DNA of 64,000 nucleotides, taken from NCBI GenBank assembly GCA_034530615.2, contig JAVRCV020000051.1, forward strand, positions 64,001-128,000, in the 5' to 3' direction. The notes beneath the pieces are model-generated. The model made no database searches, was not told the origin of the DNA, and saw only the letters and a program-made list of their open reading frames with translations. Origin of the DNA: Aulosira sp. ZfuVER01. GTDB lineage: Bacteria; Cyanobacteriota; Cyanobacteriia; Cyanobacteriales; Nostocaceae. The translations under genes and the position numbers were made by a program. Below, in pieces: positions 21,365 through 30,195 of this stretch (position 1 is the first letter of the stretch; each line of letters begins with the position of its first letter).

Positions 21365-23626
21365 CTATCCGAGTGTTTTAGGTTGGAACTTACGCAAACG
21401 CAGCGCATTGGTGACTACGGAAACTGAACTAAAGGCCATTGCTGCACCGGCGATGATGGGGTTAAGTAACCAACCGAAGATGGGGAAAAGAATTCCGGCG
21501 GCGATGGGAATACCAGCAACGTTGTAAATGAAGGCGAAGAATAGGTTTTGGCGAATGTTGCGAATTGTGGCGCGGCTGAGTTGAATTGCTGTAACTATGG
21601 CTTGCAAATCGCCAGAGATTAAGGTGATGTCACTAGCTGCGATCGCTACATCTGTACCAGTCCCAATTGCAATTCCCACATCGGCTTGAGCTAAGGCTGG
21701 TGCATCATTTATCCCATCACCAACCATTGCGATAATTTTGCCTTCTGCTTGTAGTGCTTGTACTGTCGCCGCTTTTTGCTCAGGGCGGACTTCTGCTAAG
21801 ACTCTTTTGATACCAACTTCACGAGCAATGCTTTCTGCGGTGCGGCGGTTATCGCCTGTGAGCATGACAACTTCTAAACCGAGTTTTTGCAATGCTCTCA
21901 CAGCCTGGGTAGAGGTGGGTTTAATGGCATCAGCAATCCCCATCAATCCTTTGATTTCGCCGTCAACTGCTAACCAAACTGCGGTTTTACCCAGGTATTC
22001 TAAGCATTCTTTATCTTGTTGCAAGGCTTGAGTGTTAATACTCAACTCTTCCATCCAGCGTTGTGTCCCAATTTGCACCAGACGGTTAGAAACAATACCT
22101 TGGACACCGCTACCTGCCACGGCTTCAAAATCTCTGACATCTGCTAATGATACTTCCTGAGATTGGGCATATCGAACAACTGCTTCTGCCAATGGGTGTT
22201 CAGAATTGCGTTCTAAGGATGCTGCTAGTTGTATCAGCTTAATTTCGTTGCCGTTGAGTGTACCGTTAACTGTCAGAAAATCTGTAACTGTCGGTTTACC
22301 TTGGGTAATTGTGCCTGTTTTGTCTAAGACAATTGTTTGAATTTGGTGTGCTATTTCTAAGCTTTCGGCTCCCTTAATTAAAATGCCGTTTTCTGCACCT
22401 TTACCTGTGCCTACCATCACGGAGGTTGGTGTAGCTAAACCCAAGGCACAAGGACAAGCGATAATTAACACCCCAACTGTGGTAATCAACGCCAGGGTGA
22501 CATTGCCCATAATGTTATACCAAATTATGAAAGTAAGAATAGCGATCGCAATTACCGCAGGCACAAACCACCCAGTAACTTGGTCTGCTAGTCTTTGAAT
22601 TGGGGCTTTTGAGCCTTGAGCCTGCTGCACTAATTGAACAATCTGCGCCAGTACAGTATCCTTACCAACTCTTGTCGCCCGAAACTTAAAACTTCCTGTT
22701 TTATTGATGGTTGCGCCGATAACTTCATCCCCTGGCTGCTTTTTCACGGGTACACTTTCACCAGTCACCATCGCTTCATCAATTGTGGATGTCCCGTCAA
22801 CTACTTCCCCATCAACCGGAATTTTCTCCCCAGGCCGAACCAGCACTACATCACCAATTTCTACTTGTTCAATCGGGACATCTATTTCTCGCCCGTTACG
22901 AATCAACCGTGCGGTTTTAGCCTGCAAACCAATTAGCTTGCGGATAGCTTCTGAAGTTTGTCCTTTAGCCCGATTTTCAAATAGCCGTCCTAACAAAATC
23001 AAGGTAATGACAATTGCCGCAGTTTCATAATACACATCTGGCCTCAAACCCTGAGCAATTAAAAAGCCAGGAAACAAAGTGACAAATAGGGAATAGAAAT
23101 ATGCTGCACTTGTACCCAAAGCTATTAAAGTATCCATTGTGGCAGCATGGCGTTTGAAAGCTTTCCAGGTATTGATATAGAACGAGTAACCACACCAGAA
23201 CTGTACAGGAGTGGTGAGGACTAATTGCAGCCAAGGGTTATGCAACCATGTGGGAATCCAAGATAGGTATAACCCTGTCATCATTGGTAGTGAGCCGATC
23301 GCCAACACAATGCAAATAATGCCCCCTACCGCCACCTTTAGCTGCAAATTGCGGGATTCTTTCAGGCGAGATCTTTTTTCTTCATCATCTTCTCCCGCCA
23401 TCAAATTTTGTTCTTGGAGGGGATAGGCAGAATAACCTGCTGCATCCACTGCATCTTGGATAGCTTGTAAATCGGTTTTTCTGGGGTCATAATCAACTGT
23501 TGCCTGTTCTGCCCCAAAATTCACACTACATTCATTTACGCCTGGGACAGAACTGATAGCGTCTTCTACACTTCTGGCACAGGAAGCGCAACTCATACCG
23601 CGCAGCTTAAGTGTCGCATTCTCCAT
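21365..23626 (-). CDS. copA: Cu(I)-exporting P1B ATPase (CopA/PacS-like)
   Basis: GMSCASC, TGES, CPC, DKTGT, SEHPL, GDGIND, YN and MAFSS motifs. Confidence 0.9.
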   Translation of the reverse strand: MENATLKLRGMSCASCARSVEDAISSVPGVNECSVNFGAEQATVDYDPRKTDLQAIQDAVDAAGYSAYPLQEQNLMAGEDDEEKRSRLKESRNLQLKVAVGGIICIVLAIGSLPMMTGLYLSWIPTWLHNPWLQLVLTTPVQFWCGYSFYINTWKAFKRHAATMDTLIALGTSAAYFYSLFVTLFPGFLIAQGLRPDVYYETAAIVITLILLGRLFENRAKGQTSEAIRKLIGLQAKTARLIRNGREIDVPIEQVEIGDVVLVRPGEKIPVDGEVVDGTSTIDEAMVTGESVPVKKQPGDEVIGATINKTGSFKFRATRVGKDTVLAQIVQLVQQAQGSKAPIQRLADQVTGWFVPAVIAIAILTFIIWYNIMGNVTLALITTVGVLIIACPCALGLATPTSVMVGTGKGAENGILIKGAESLEIAHQIQTIVLDKTGTITQGKPTVTDFLTVNGTLNGNEIKLIQLAASLERNSEHPLAEAVVRYAQSQEVSLADVRDFEAVAGSGVQGIVSNRLVQIGTQRWMEELSINTQALQQDKECLEYLGKTAVWLAVDGEIKGLMGIADAIKPTSTQAVRALQKLGLEVVMLTGDNRRTAESIAREVGIKRVLAEVRPEQKAATVQALQAEGKIIAMVGDGINDAPALAQADVGIAIGTGTDVAIAASDITLISGDLQAIVTAIQLSRATIRNIRQNLFFAFIYNVAGIPIAAGILFPIFGWLLNPIIAGAAMAFSSVSVVTNALRLRKFQPKTLG

Positions 23627-23666
23627 TTGAAAGCTCCAATTATCAAGTCATGTTCAAGACTGATTT

Positions 23667-23700
23667 CATCTTGAATCCTCCAGTGAACTAGAGTGTCAAG
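23667..23700 (-). promoter_or_regulatory. MerR-type promoter/operator for the ATPase operon
   Basis: Minus strand TTGACA-20 nt-CAAGAT; spacer contains CTCCAG-tgaa-CTAGAG, related to the palindrome at 20480. Confidence 0.75.
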
Positions 23701-23808
23701 AGGGTAGAGAAAAAAATTGGAACTACGCAAAAAGTCCTTTCTCAAATAACTTTGCAGCTATTTCCCAATACATTAACTGAACTAAGGAAAAATTTCTGTT
23801 CAAGTCCC

Positions 23809-23840
23809 TAGACTCTCCAGTGAACTAGATATTTGAAGAT
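23809..23840 (+). promoter_or_regulatory. Third MerR-type operator, divergent orientation
   Basis: TAGACT-20 nt-GAAGAT; 15-mer CTCCAGTGAACTAGA identical to 23678-23692. Confidence 0.6.
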
Positions 23841-24061
23841 AAACTCCAGCAAATAAACACCAGCTTGTTCTAAAGTTGGGAAAGCTTTGGGGATGAAAAC
23901 CAAAAAGGCGATCGCTAGAGCGCAAAATTTGCTTATGGTTATACCAATGCAAGAAACTAGACTTTTATTAGCAGCAGTTATACTCACACAATTAGATGCT
24001 AAACACAGCAGATAATTGACTGCAATAATTCAATTCATCATAGTTAGGATTCTCTTGACTC

Positions 24062-24160
24062 ATGGTTACTGAAGGATTTTATCGTCGTCCCTTACCTCCT
24101 CCTAGTATTTCTTTTGCTTCCCCACAGGGACGACAAATCTTTCAAGAGGCGATCGCATAA
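24062..24160 (+). pseudogene. N-terminal remnant of a phytochelatin synthase family gene
   Basis: MVTEGFYRRPLPPPSISFASPQGRQIFQEAIA* aligns by eye with the plant PCS N-terminus (YRRxLP..I.F.S..G+.IF.EAL); stop directly follows a HIP1 site. Confidence 0.75.
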
Positions 24161-24727
24161 AGTAGCTGTGTAGGCTTGTACTGTATTACACCAGTCGCAA
24201 ACAGTTATAAGAAAGGATATCAGACGATTATCCCATTAATAAGATAAGAACTTATATATCTTGACATTTATTAGATTTTATCTAGCACTTATTCAATCCA
24301 TATCCAATACAAATTGTCAATTATAAATTGTAAAAGTTATAAGAATTTACCTTCTGCTGGAGTAAAGATTGAGTAAAAACATCCTCTTTTATCCTCCAGG
24401 CAAAGATACGAACTTTTAGATATTTCACCTTTAAATCTGAGTTGCCATACTCAGTACAAGTGATCGAGTTTACGGTTAAAAAATATCTGACAAACACTCA
24501 ACCAGAAAGCTAAGAGCGATCGCACTTACCCTATTACGGTTTGTAGGTTGGGCATGCAGTGCAGATTTGTTTGAGCTAGCCATACTCCTCTAAGAATCTT
24601 CTAGTAATTTTTGCGGGTACGGGTAGCCTCTATTAGTTTTCTGATCGAGCAAAGTTATTACGACTGCAAAATTCCCTGAGTCAGCATCTCCACTGTTAAC
24701 CATTACCTTTTTCTAGTAATTAGTTTT

Positions 24728-25489
24728 ATGGCAACTTTAAATCTTCTGACGAAATTTTCCATTGCGATGACTGCTACTACAGCATTGGGATTTTTTGCTT
24801 CTTCCGCCAGTGCTTTAACCCTAACTGATACTTCTGCTAACTGGAGTAATACTGTTGGTGGAAGTAATGTCATATATCAAACTGTGGGTACGGAAAAGCA
24901 AGTACGTTGGGGACAAGATATAGGCAATGGTCAAAGTGGATTAGGATTTCTCGGAGCTACCTCAGTCACCTTCAATCCCGATCAAGTCTTTCAAATCGGG
25001 ACTCTCAAACACTATAACAACGCAATAGCAGGTGGAAGTGCTGCCTCACAAGTTGATTTTGACCTTGCTTTAAACTTTAGCAACCCAAGTGTAAGCACAC
25101 AACCATTCAAATTTAGCTTTGGTATTGACGAAACGCCCAATTCTGGGAATGTCAATGATTGTCCTTATTACAGTACTGCTGTCTGCTCTGATAAAATTTC
25201 CTTCTCTACCCTACCTAACTTAAACACCTTTAATGTTGCTGGTGTGGATTATACGCTCCAGTTGCTAGGATTCAGTGAGACTCCTAATGGCACACCTACA
25301 AACTACTTCATTTCACAGGAAGGGGGTACTAGCTTGGCTAACCTTTACGCCAAGATTACTGTTGCTACACCATCAACACAAAGTGTCCCTGAGCCAAGTT
25401 CTGGCTTAAGCATATTTGCCTTTGGTGTTTTAGCTGCTGGTTCTATGTTAAATCGCAAACAGCGTTTGAAAGCTATAGCTAAAGTATAG
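24728..25489 (+). CDS. PEP-CTERM surface protein (choice-of-anchor K / THxN-like domain)
   Basis: Signal peptide ...SASA, VRWG..QSGLGF, LKHYN, IDETPN, C-terminal VPEPSS + TM + basic tail. Confidence 0.85.
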   Translation: MATLNLLTKFSIAMTATTALGFFASSASALTLTDTSANWSNTVGGSNVIYQTVGTEKQVRWGQDIGNGQSGLGFLGATSVTFNPDQVFQIGTLKHYNNAIAGGSAASQVDFDLALNFSNPSVSTQPFKFSFGIDETPNSGNVNDCPYYSTAVCSDKISFSTLPNLNTFNVAGVDYTLQLLGFSETPNGTPTNYFISQEGGTSLANLYAKITVATPSTQSVPEPSSGLSIFAFGVLAAGSMLNRKQRLKAIAKV

Positions 25490-25526
25490 GCCGATCAATT
25501 CAGTTGCTTAAAATAAGATTTTGTAA

Positions 25527-25561
25527 TTGCTGTTTCTTTCTGAACAAGAGACAGCTATTTT
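25527..25561 (+). terminator. Rho-independent terminator-like hairpin
   Basis: gctgtttctt...aagagacagc followed by tattttgtcttttt. Confidence 0.5.
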
Positions 25562-25650
25562 GTCTTTTTGGCTACGTGCGATCGCTCTTTACCAAAATAA
25601 CCCACGGATAGACTAGTATAAATTATGCTAGTCTATCTGTGCCTTAAATT

Positions 25651-27111
25651 ATGATGAAAAATATGCAGGGAGGATTAGAGTTTGTCGAACAATTAATTTA
25701 TGCCAAGACAGGGAAATCACTTACAGCTATCCAAAAGGTAGTATTACAGCAATCTTGGGAAGAACAAAGAAAAACTTACAACCAGATTGCCCAAGAGTTT
25801 AACTATTCTGAGAGCTACATTAAGCAAACGGTCGCCCCTCAATTATGGAAACTGCTTTCAGAAGTTCTAGGGGAAAAAGTCAATAAAAATAATGTTCGTG
25901 CTGTATTAGAAAGACGAAAAGTAAACCAAAGTTCTACGAGAAGTCAAAACCTAGTTGAGATATTGAGAAAGCGATTAGAGCCTTATTACAGTGGGCAAAT
26001 ACAGTTCGTTCCTAAAAAGGACACTGTAGATATTTCATTAACAAACCATTCAGAATTGCTTTCTTTATCTACGAAATTAACAACAGAAATTAATCCAAAA
26101 ACAATAGAGTTAGAACTACCAAAAGGATCTGTACCTTTGGCTTCTGCTTTTTACATTGAGCGAATCCCCAATGAACGCAGGTGTTACGAAGAGATTATCA
26201 AACCTGGATCTCTAATTCATATTAAAGCGCCTAGACAAATGGGCAAAACCTCGTTTATGGTTAGGGTTCTGGCTCATGCAGCCATCTTAGGCTATCGAAC
26301 TGTGAGTTTGAATCTTTTACAGGCAGATCGGGCAATCTTGACTGATCTGAATAAATTATTACGTTGGTTATGTGCCAGTATTACCCACAAGCTAAAGCTC
26401 AAAAACCGACTAGATAATTACTGGGATGAGGATTTAGGCTGTAAGGCAAACTGCACGCTCTATTTTCAAGAATATTTGTTGACGCAAATAGATAATCCTT
26501 TAGTCTTAGCATTGGATGAAGTAAACGAAATTTTTGAGTATCCCGAAATTGCCCAAGACTTTTTATCTCTATTACGTTCTTGGTATGAAGAAGCAAAAGA
26601 TAGTGAAATATGGAAAAAACTCAGATTAATAGTTATTAACTCTACAGAAGTATATATTCCTTTAAATATTCATAAATCTCCATTTCAGGTAGGCTTATCA
26701 GTACAGTTGCGCTCATTTAGCTGGGAGCAAGTGCAGGATTTAGCTTGGCGTCATCAACTTAATATCTCAATAGGCGAACTGGCCGAACTTATGTGGCTGA
26801 TAGCTGGCCATCCTTATTTACTAAGGGTAGCCTTATATCATTTGGCGCAGCAGGATTTAACTTTGGCAGAACTGATGCAAACAGCAGCTTCCGATACAGG
26901 AATTTACGGGGAATATCTGCACCAATTGTTATGGCATTTACAACAGCATCCAGAACTAGCAGTAGCCTTTGAGCAGGTGCTGAGGGCAAAAGCACCAATA
27001 GAGTTAGAGCAAGTACAGGCTTTTCGTTTACACAGTATGGGGCTAGTAAATATACGAGAAAATCACGTGATGGTCAGTTGTGATTTATACCAACGATATT
27101 TTGGTGGATAG
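25651..27111 (+). CDS. AAA-like domain (AAA_35-type) P-loop NTPase with N-terminal HTH
   Basis: YNQIAQEFNYSESYIK..LWKLLSEVLGEKV HTH; APRQMGKTS Walker A; LALDEV Walker B; AGHPYL. Confidence 0.85.
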   Translation: MMKNMQGGLEFVEQLIYAKTGKSLTAIQKVVLQQSWEEQRKTYNQIAQEFNYSESYIKQTVAPQLWKLLSEVLGEKVNKNNVRAVLERRKVNQSSTRSQNLVEILRKRLEPYYSGQIQFVPKKDTVDISLTNHSELLSLSTKLTTEINPKTIELELPKGSVPLASAFYIERIPNERRCYEEIIKPGSLIHIKAPRQMGKTSFMVRVLAHAAILGYRTVSLNLLQADRAILTDLNKLLRWLCASITHKLKLKNRLDNYWDEDLGCKANCTLYFQEYLLTQIDNPLVLALDEVNEIFEYPEIAQDFLSLLRSWYEEAKDSEIWKKLRLIVINSTEVYIPLNIHKSPFQVGLSVQLRSFSWEQVQDLAWRHQLNISIGELAELMWLIAGHPYLLRVALYHLAQQDLTLAELMQTAASDTGIYGEYLHQLLWHLQQHPELAVAFEQVLRAKAPIELEQVQAFRLHSMGLVNIRENHVMVSCDLYQRYFGG

Positions 27112-27119
27112 GATATATT

Positions 27120-27153
27120 GCGATCGCACTCCTAAATTCCCAAGTGCGATCGC
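27120..27153. repeat. 34-bp HIP1-capped hairpin repeat, copy 1
   Basis: GCGATCGCACTCCTAAATTCCCAAGTGCGATCGC; 11-bp stem; identical to 28000-28033. Confidence 0.95.
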
Positions 27154-27329
27154 CTGACTTGCCCTCTCTAATACCATTCTTCGAGGAGAAGCGTGAAGTT
27201 AGTTGAAGCTAAGGGTCTTGAGCAAGCATTGATTTTCCTCATACCTTTTCCTAACTACAATTATTTATATATAAAATATAATCAGCTATCTGGTAGTAGA
27301 AATTCGTTTACTCAACCTGATTAAATACT

Positions 27330-27590
27330 ATGAAACAAATAACTTTAAACTCTCATATTGGACAAGATGGAATATTACATTTAGATATTCCTGTAGATGT
27401 CACTAATGTTGATTTAACTATTACTGTAATTTTACAACCCATTACTGATTCTCAGCCAGAAAATAAACCTAAAGGAAAAGGTTGGCCTGCTAACTTTTTT
27501 GAAGAAACTTCTGGATGTTTGAAGGATAGTCCTTTAATTATAGATTCAGAAGGTGTTTTTGATGATTTAGAAGAGCTTAAATTGTCATGA
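27330..27590 (+). CDS. Putative antitoxin (VapB-position protein)
   Basis: 86 aa with acidic C-terminus; ATGA overlap with the downstream PIN gene. Confidence 0.75.
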   Translation: MKQITLNSHIGQDGILHLDIPVDVTNVDLTITVILQPITDSQPENKPKGKGWPANFFEETSGCLKDSPLIIDSEGVFDDLEELKLS

Positions 27591-27988
27591 GATATTTACT
27601 AGATACAAATGTATGTATTAAATATCTCAATGAAGACTCGGTTATTCGGCAGAAACTTGAAAATTATGATTTAGAAGATATTGCGGTTTGTTCAGTTGTG
27701 AAACTAGAGTTGTTTTATGGAGCGATGAGGAGTGATAATCCCGATCAAGTTTGGGCAAAAGTAAAGCGATTTTTAGAAGTATTTATTTCTTTACCTTTAG
27801 ATGATATTTCAGCGTTAAATGCAGGTAGGATTCGCGCTCAATTAGCTAATGCTGGTACTCCTATTGGTTATAATGATTTATTAATCGCTTCTATTACATT
27901 GTCTCATGATTTAATTTTAGTGACTCATAATACTAAAGAGTTTGTCAGAGTTGAAGGATTAAAAATAGAAGATTGGGAAATTGAATAA
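27587..27988 (+). CDS. vapC: VapC family PIN-domain toxin
   Basis: YLLDTN, ELFYG, DLLIA, LVTHNTKEF..VEGLKIEDW. Confidence 0.92.
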   Translation: MRYLLDTNVCIKYLNEDSVIRQKLENYDLEDIAVCSVVKLELFYGAMRSDNPDQVWAKVKRFLEVFISLPLDDISALNAGRIRAQLANAGTPIGYNDLLIASITLSHDLILVTHNTKEFVRVEGLKIEDWEIE

Positions 27989-27999
27989 TATAATTGAAA

Positions 28000-28033
28000 G
28001 CGATCGCACTCCTAAATTCCCAAGTGCGATCGC
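28000..28033. repeat. 34-bp HIP1-capped hairpin repeat, copy 2
   Basis: Exact direct repeat of 27120-27153. Confidence 0.95.
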
Positions 28034-28219
28034 GGTTCACTACCTTTACTTGTCCCAAATACGGACATCCGATAATTTTTAGTATAAATTAAATAAATAA
28101 CTTATGTCTGATTTTTGAACAAAATACCTGACGAAAGCTTTATGAAGGTTGATTTTGCTGGGTTATATGTTTTCAAAAATCAAATCACTAAGCTACGTAT
28201 TATTATTGAATTTATCGTC

Positions 28220-29272
28220 ATGGAAAAGAACGTAGCGTTACGCAAAACTGATGAAGGCTGGAAATTTATTGATGAGTCTGAATTAGAAACTTTTGTTTGG
28301 GATAATTTAGCAGAAATATTTGGACTAAAGCCCTTAAAGCGCCAATTATCGATAAAAGGAGAAATTTGTGACATTTTAGCAATAGGAGAAAATAATCAAT
28401 TAGCTATTATTGAACTGAAAAATACAGAAGATAGATATGTGATTAATCAACTCACACGCTATTACGACAATTTATTAGAAGAACAACCTTTAAAAGATAA
28501 CATTAATTATGATGAAGAAGTTCGTTTGATAGCTATCTGTCCCAGCTTTCATCGTCATAATTTAATTGATGAAAAACACAGTAAATTAAAATTTAATCTA
28601 TTTACTTTTTTCATTGTATATGAAAATAATGAATTTTATTTTCATTTTTCTCATATTCATAGCCAATTTAAAACAAAAATTGTCAAAATTAATTATCAAG
28701 AAGTTAATCTCCAAAATCAAGTAAATGATAATATTCCTGAACCTGCAAGGTTATTATTAGATTGGTTAGGTTATTTAACAAACACAGAAATAGATAACTT
28801 AACGAAAATTAGAAATCAAATATTGACTTTTGATTCAAGAATAGAAGAAATAATAGTGAATAAAAGCATTATATATGCAAGTAAATATGGTAAGGATAAG
28901 ATGAGGCAATGTGCAGAGTTTTGTTTTGATAGAAAGTCGAAGAAGATACTATTCTTTTTATGGCTGATTATTCCCAACCGCCAAAATAGAACTATTACTA
29001 GAATGCAAATTGATACAACGCAAGAATATCTCACATATTGGCGATACGCTTCTGTAAAAGAAGGAAGTATAGATTGGGAAAAATTTTATCGTCGTCATTA
29101 TACTATTTCAATAAATAATCAGAAGTCTTTTGGTATTGTTACAGAAAATAATCGCAGTTTTTATTGTGTTCCAGGAAATAATGGCACATGGTTAAAACAA
29201 GAAATATTTGGTGAGGACATTAAACAAATTATTAATCATGCATTAAAAATATGGCTAGAAAGAACTAGTTAA
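28220..29272 (+). CDS. NucS/DUF91-like PD-(D/E)xK endonuclease domain protein
   Basis: ESELE...CDILA...IIELK...QLTRY (RecB/NucS-type motifs); ATG at 28220 (ORF track starts at 28115); visibly AT-rich. Confidence 0.8.
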   Translation: MEKNVALRKTDEGWKFIDESELETFVWDNLAEIFGLKPLKRQLSIKGEICDILAIGENNQLAIIELKNTEDRYVINQLTRYYDNLLEEQPLKDNINYDEEVRLIAICPSFHRHNLIDEKHSKLKFNLFTFFIVYENNEFYFHFSHIHSQFKTKIVKINYQEVNLQNQVNDNIPEPARLLLDWLGYLTNTEIDNLTKIRNQILTFDSRIEEIIVNKSIIYASKYGKDKMRQCAEFCFDRKSKKILFFLWLIIPNRQNRTITRMQIDTTQEYLTYWRYASVKEGSIDWEKFYRRHYTISINNQKSFGIVTENNRSFYCVPGNNGTWLKQEIFGEDIKQIINHALKIWLERTS

Positions 29273-29395
29273 AATAAGTTTAGTTGTAGGTCGGTATGAA
29301 GTCAGTAAAATCCAAATCTCATGTATTGGATTTAAACAAATAAAAATTAAGGTTGGCAATGTAAAAAAACTTATTTCGTCATCGAACTTAGCTTT

Positions 29396-29737
29396 TTAAG
29401 CTGTGGCAAAATCTGTATATTGTCTCACATCTGGCGGCTGAAACGCCAAGACAATCTCACTAGCAGGAACACCTAACCGGATTAACTCCGTGGCTATTCC
29501 TTCCTCAGTTAAATCTTCCTCAATGTAAATCTTTTCGTTCTTAATGCGAACATGGACATGAGTATATTTATGTCGTTTATTTCCCTGCCAATCAACTGTT
29601 AACCAGAGATAATGATCGTGGGTTTCGTCAAATACCAAACAAGTCTCATGTTTTTTATTAGCTGCTTGATGTGCAAAATCATCATATTCTGTCAAAACTT
29701 GTTTAATTAATTCCCGATAACGCATTAATTTATCCAT
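29396..29737 (-). CDS. xisI: XisI family protein
   Basis: [34 protein letters not shown]...GVP..IVLAF. Confidence 0.92.
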   Translation of the reverse strand: MDKLMRYRELIKQVLTEYDDFAHQAANKKHETCLVFDETHDHYLWLTVDWQGNKRHKYTHVHVRIKNEKIYIEEDLTEEGIATELIRLGVPASEIVLAFQPPDVRQYTDFATA

Positions 29738-30144
29738 TGAACAATTTCCTCCCTTTCCATATTCACAACAAGTAAATTTATTTGATTAAATTTAACTACG
29801 GCTTGAATTGATTTTCTCTGGAAGAATGTTTCATAAATATTATCTTTGATAGCTAAACAAATTTCTTGATATTCATCTTTTCCAAATTGAATTAAATTTC
29901 GATATAATATATATTATCCCAAAGCAAGTTCAAAATCTTTCATCAGAGAAGGACTAATAAAACTTTTGATTTCTACAATAATTTTACGTTTTATTTTTGA
30001 CTCTGATAGATTTTTCTCAATTGCTAAATCTGCATATAATTCCGCATCTTCAAATTCAATTGAATAAGGATCGGCTGTAATTGTCCAGCCATCTTTAATT
30101 AAGGCATTTTTGACTGCATCATGGTAGATATCTTTTGCTGGCAT
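29725..30144 (-). pseudogene. xisH: XisH family protein with one in-frame nonsense codon
   Basis: MPAKDIYHDAVKNALIKDGWTIT...VEIKSF...ALG*YILYRNL...[11 protein letters not shown] at 29914-29916 where Gln (CAA) is expected; frame continues to overlap the xisI start. Confidence 0.88.
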
Positions 30145-30167
30145 TTTTACCCTGCTAAGAACAGTCA

Positions 30168-30189
30168 GGTGGGCATTACACCCACCCTA
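30168..30189. repeat. REP-like palindrome directly downstream of acnB
   Basis: GGTGGG-cattaca-CCCACCcta; similar to 41613-41633. Confidence 0.55.
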
Positions 30190-30195
30190 ATTACA

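Noticed and set aside
27120..28033. 34-bp palindromic repeats as a CRISPR array
   Set aside because: Only two copies, 880 bp apart, and no cas genes in the window.
29396..30144. Heterocyst excision element implied by xisHI
   Set aside because: No recombinase and no interrupted nif, fdxN or hup gene in the window.
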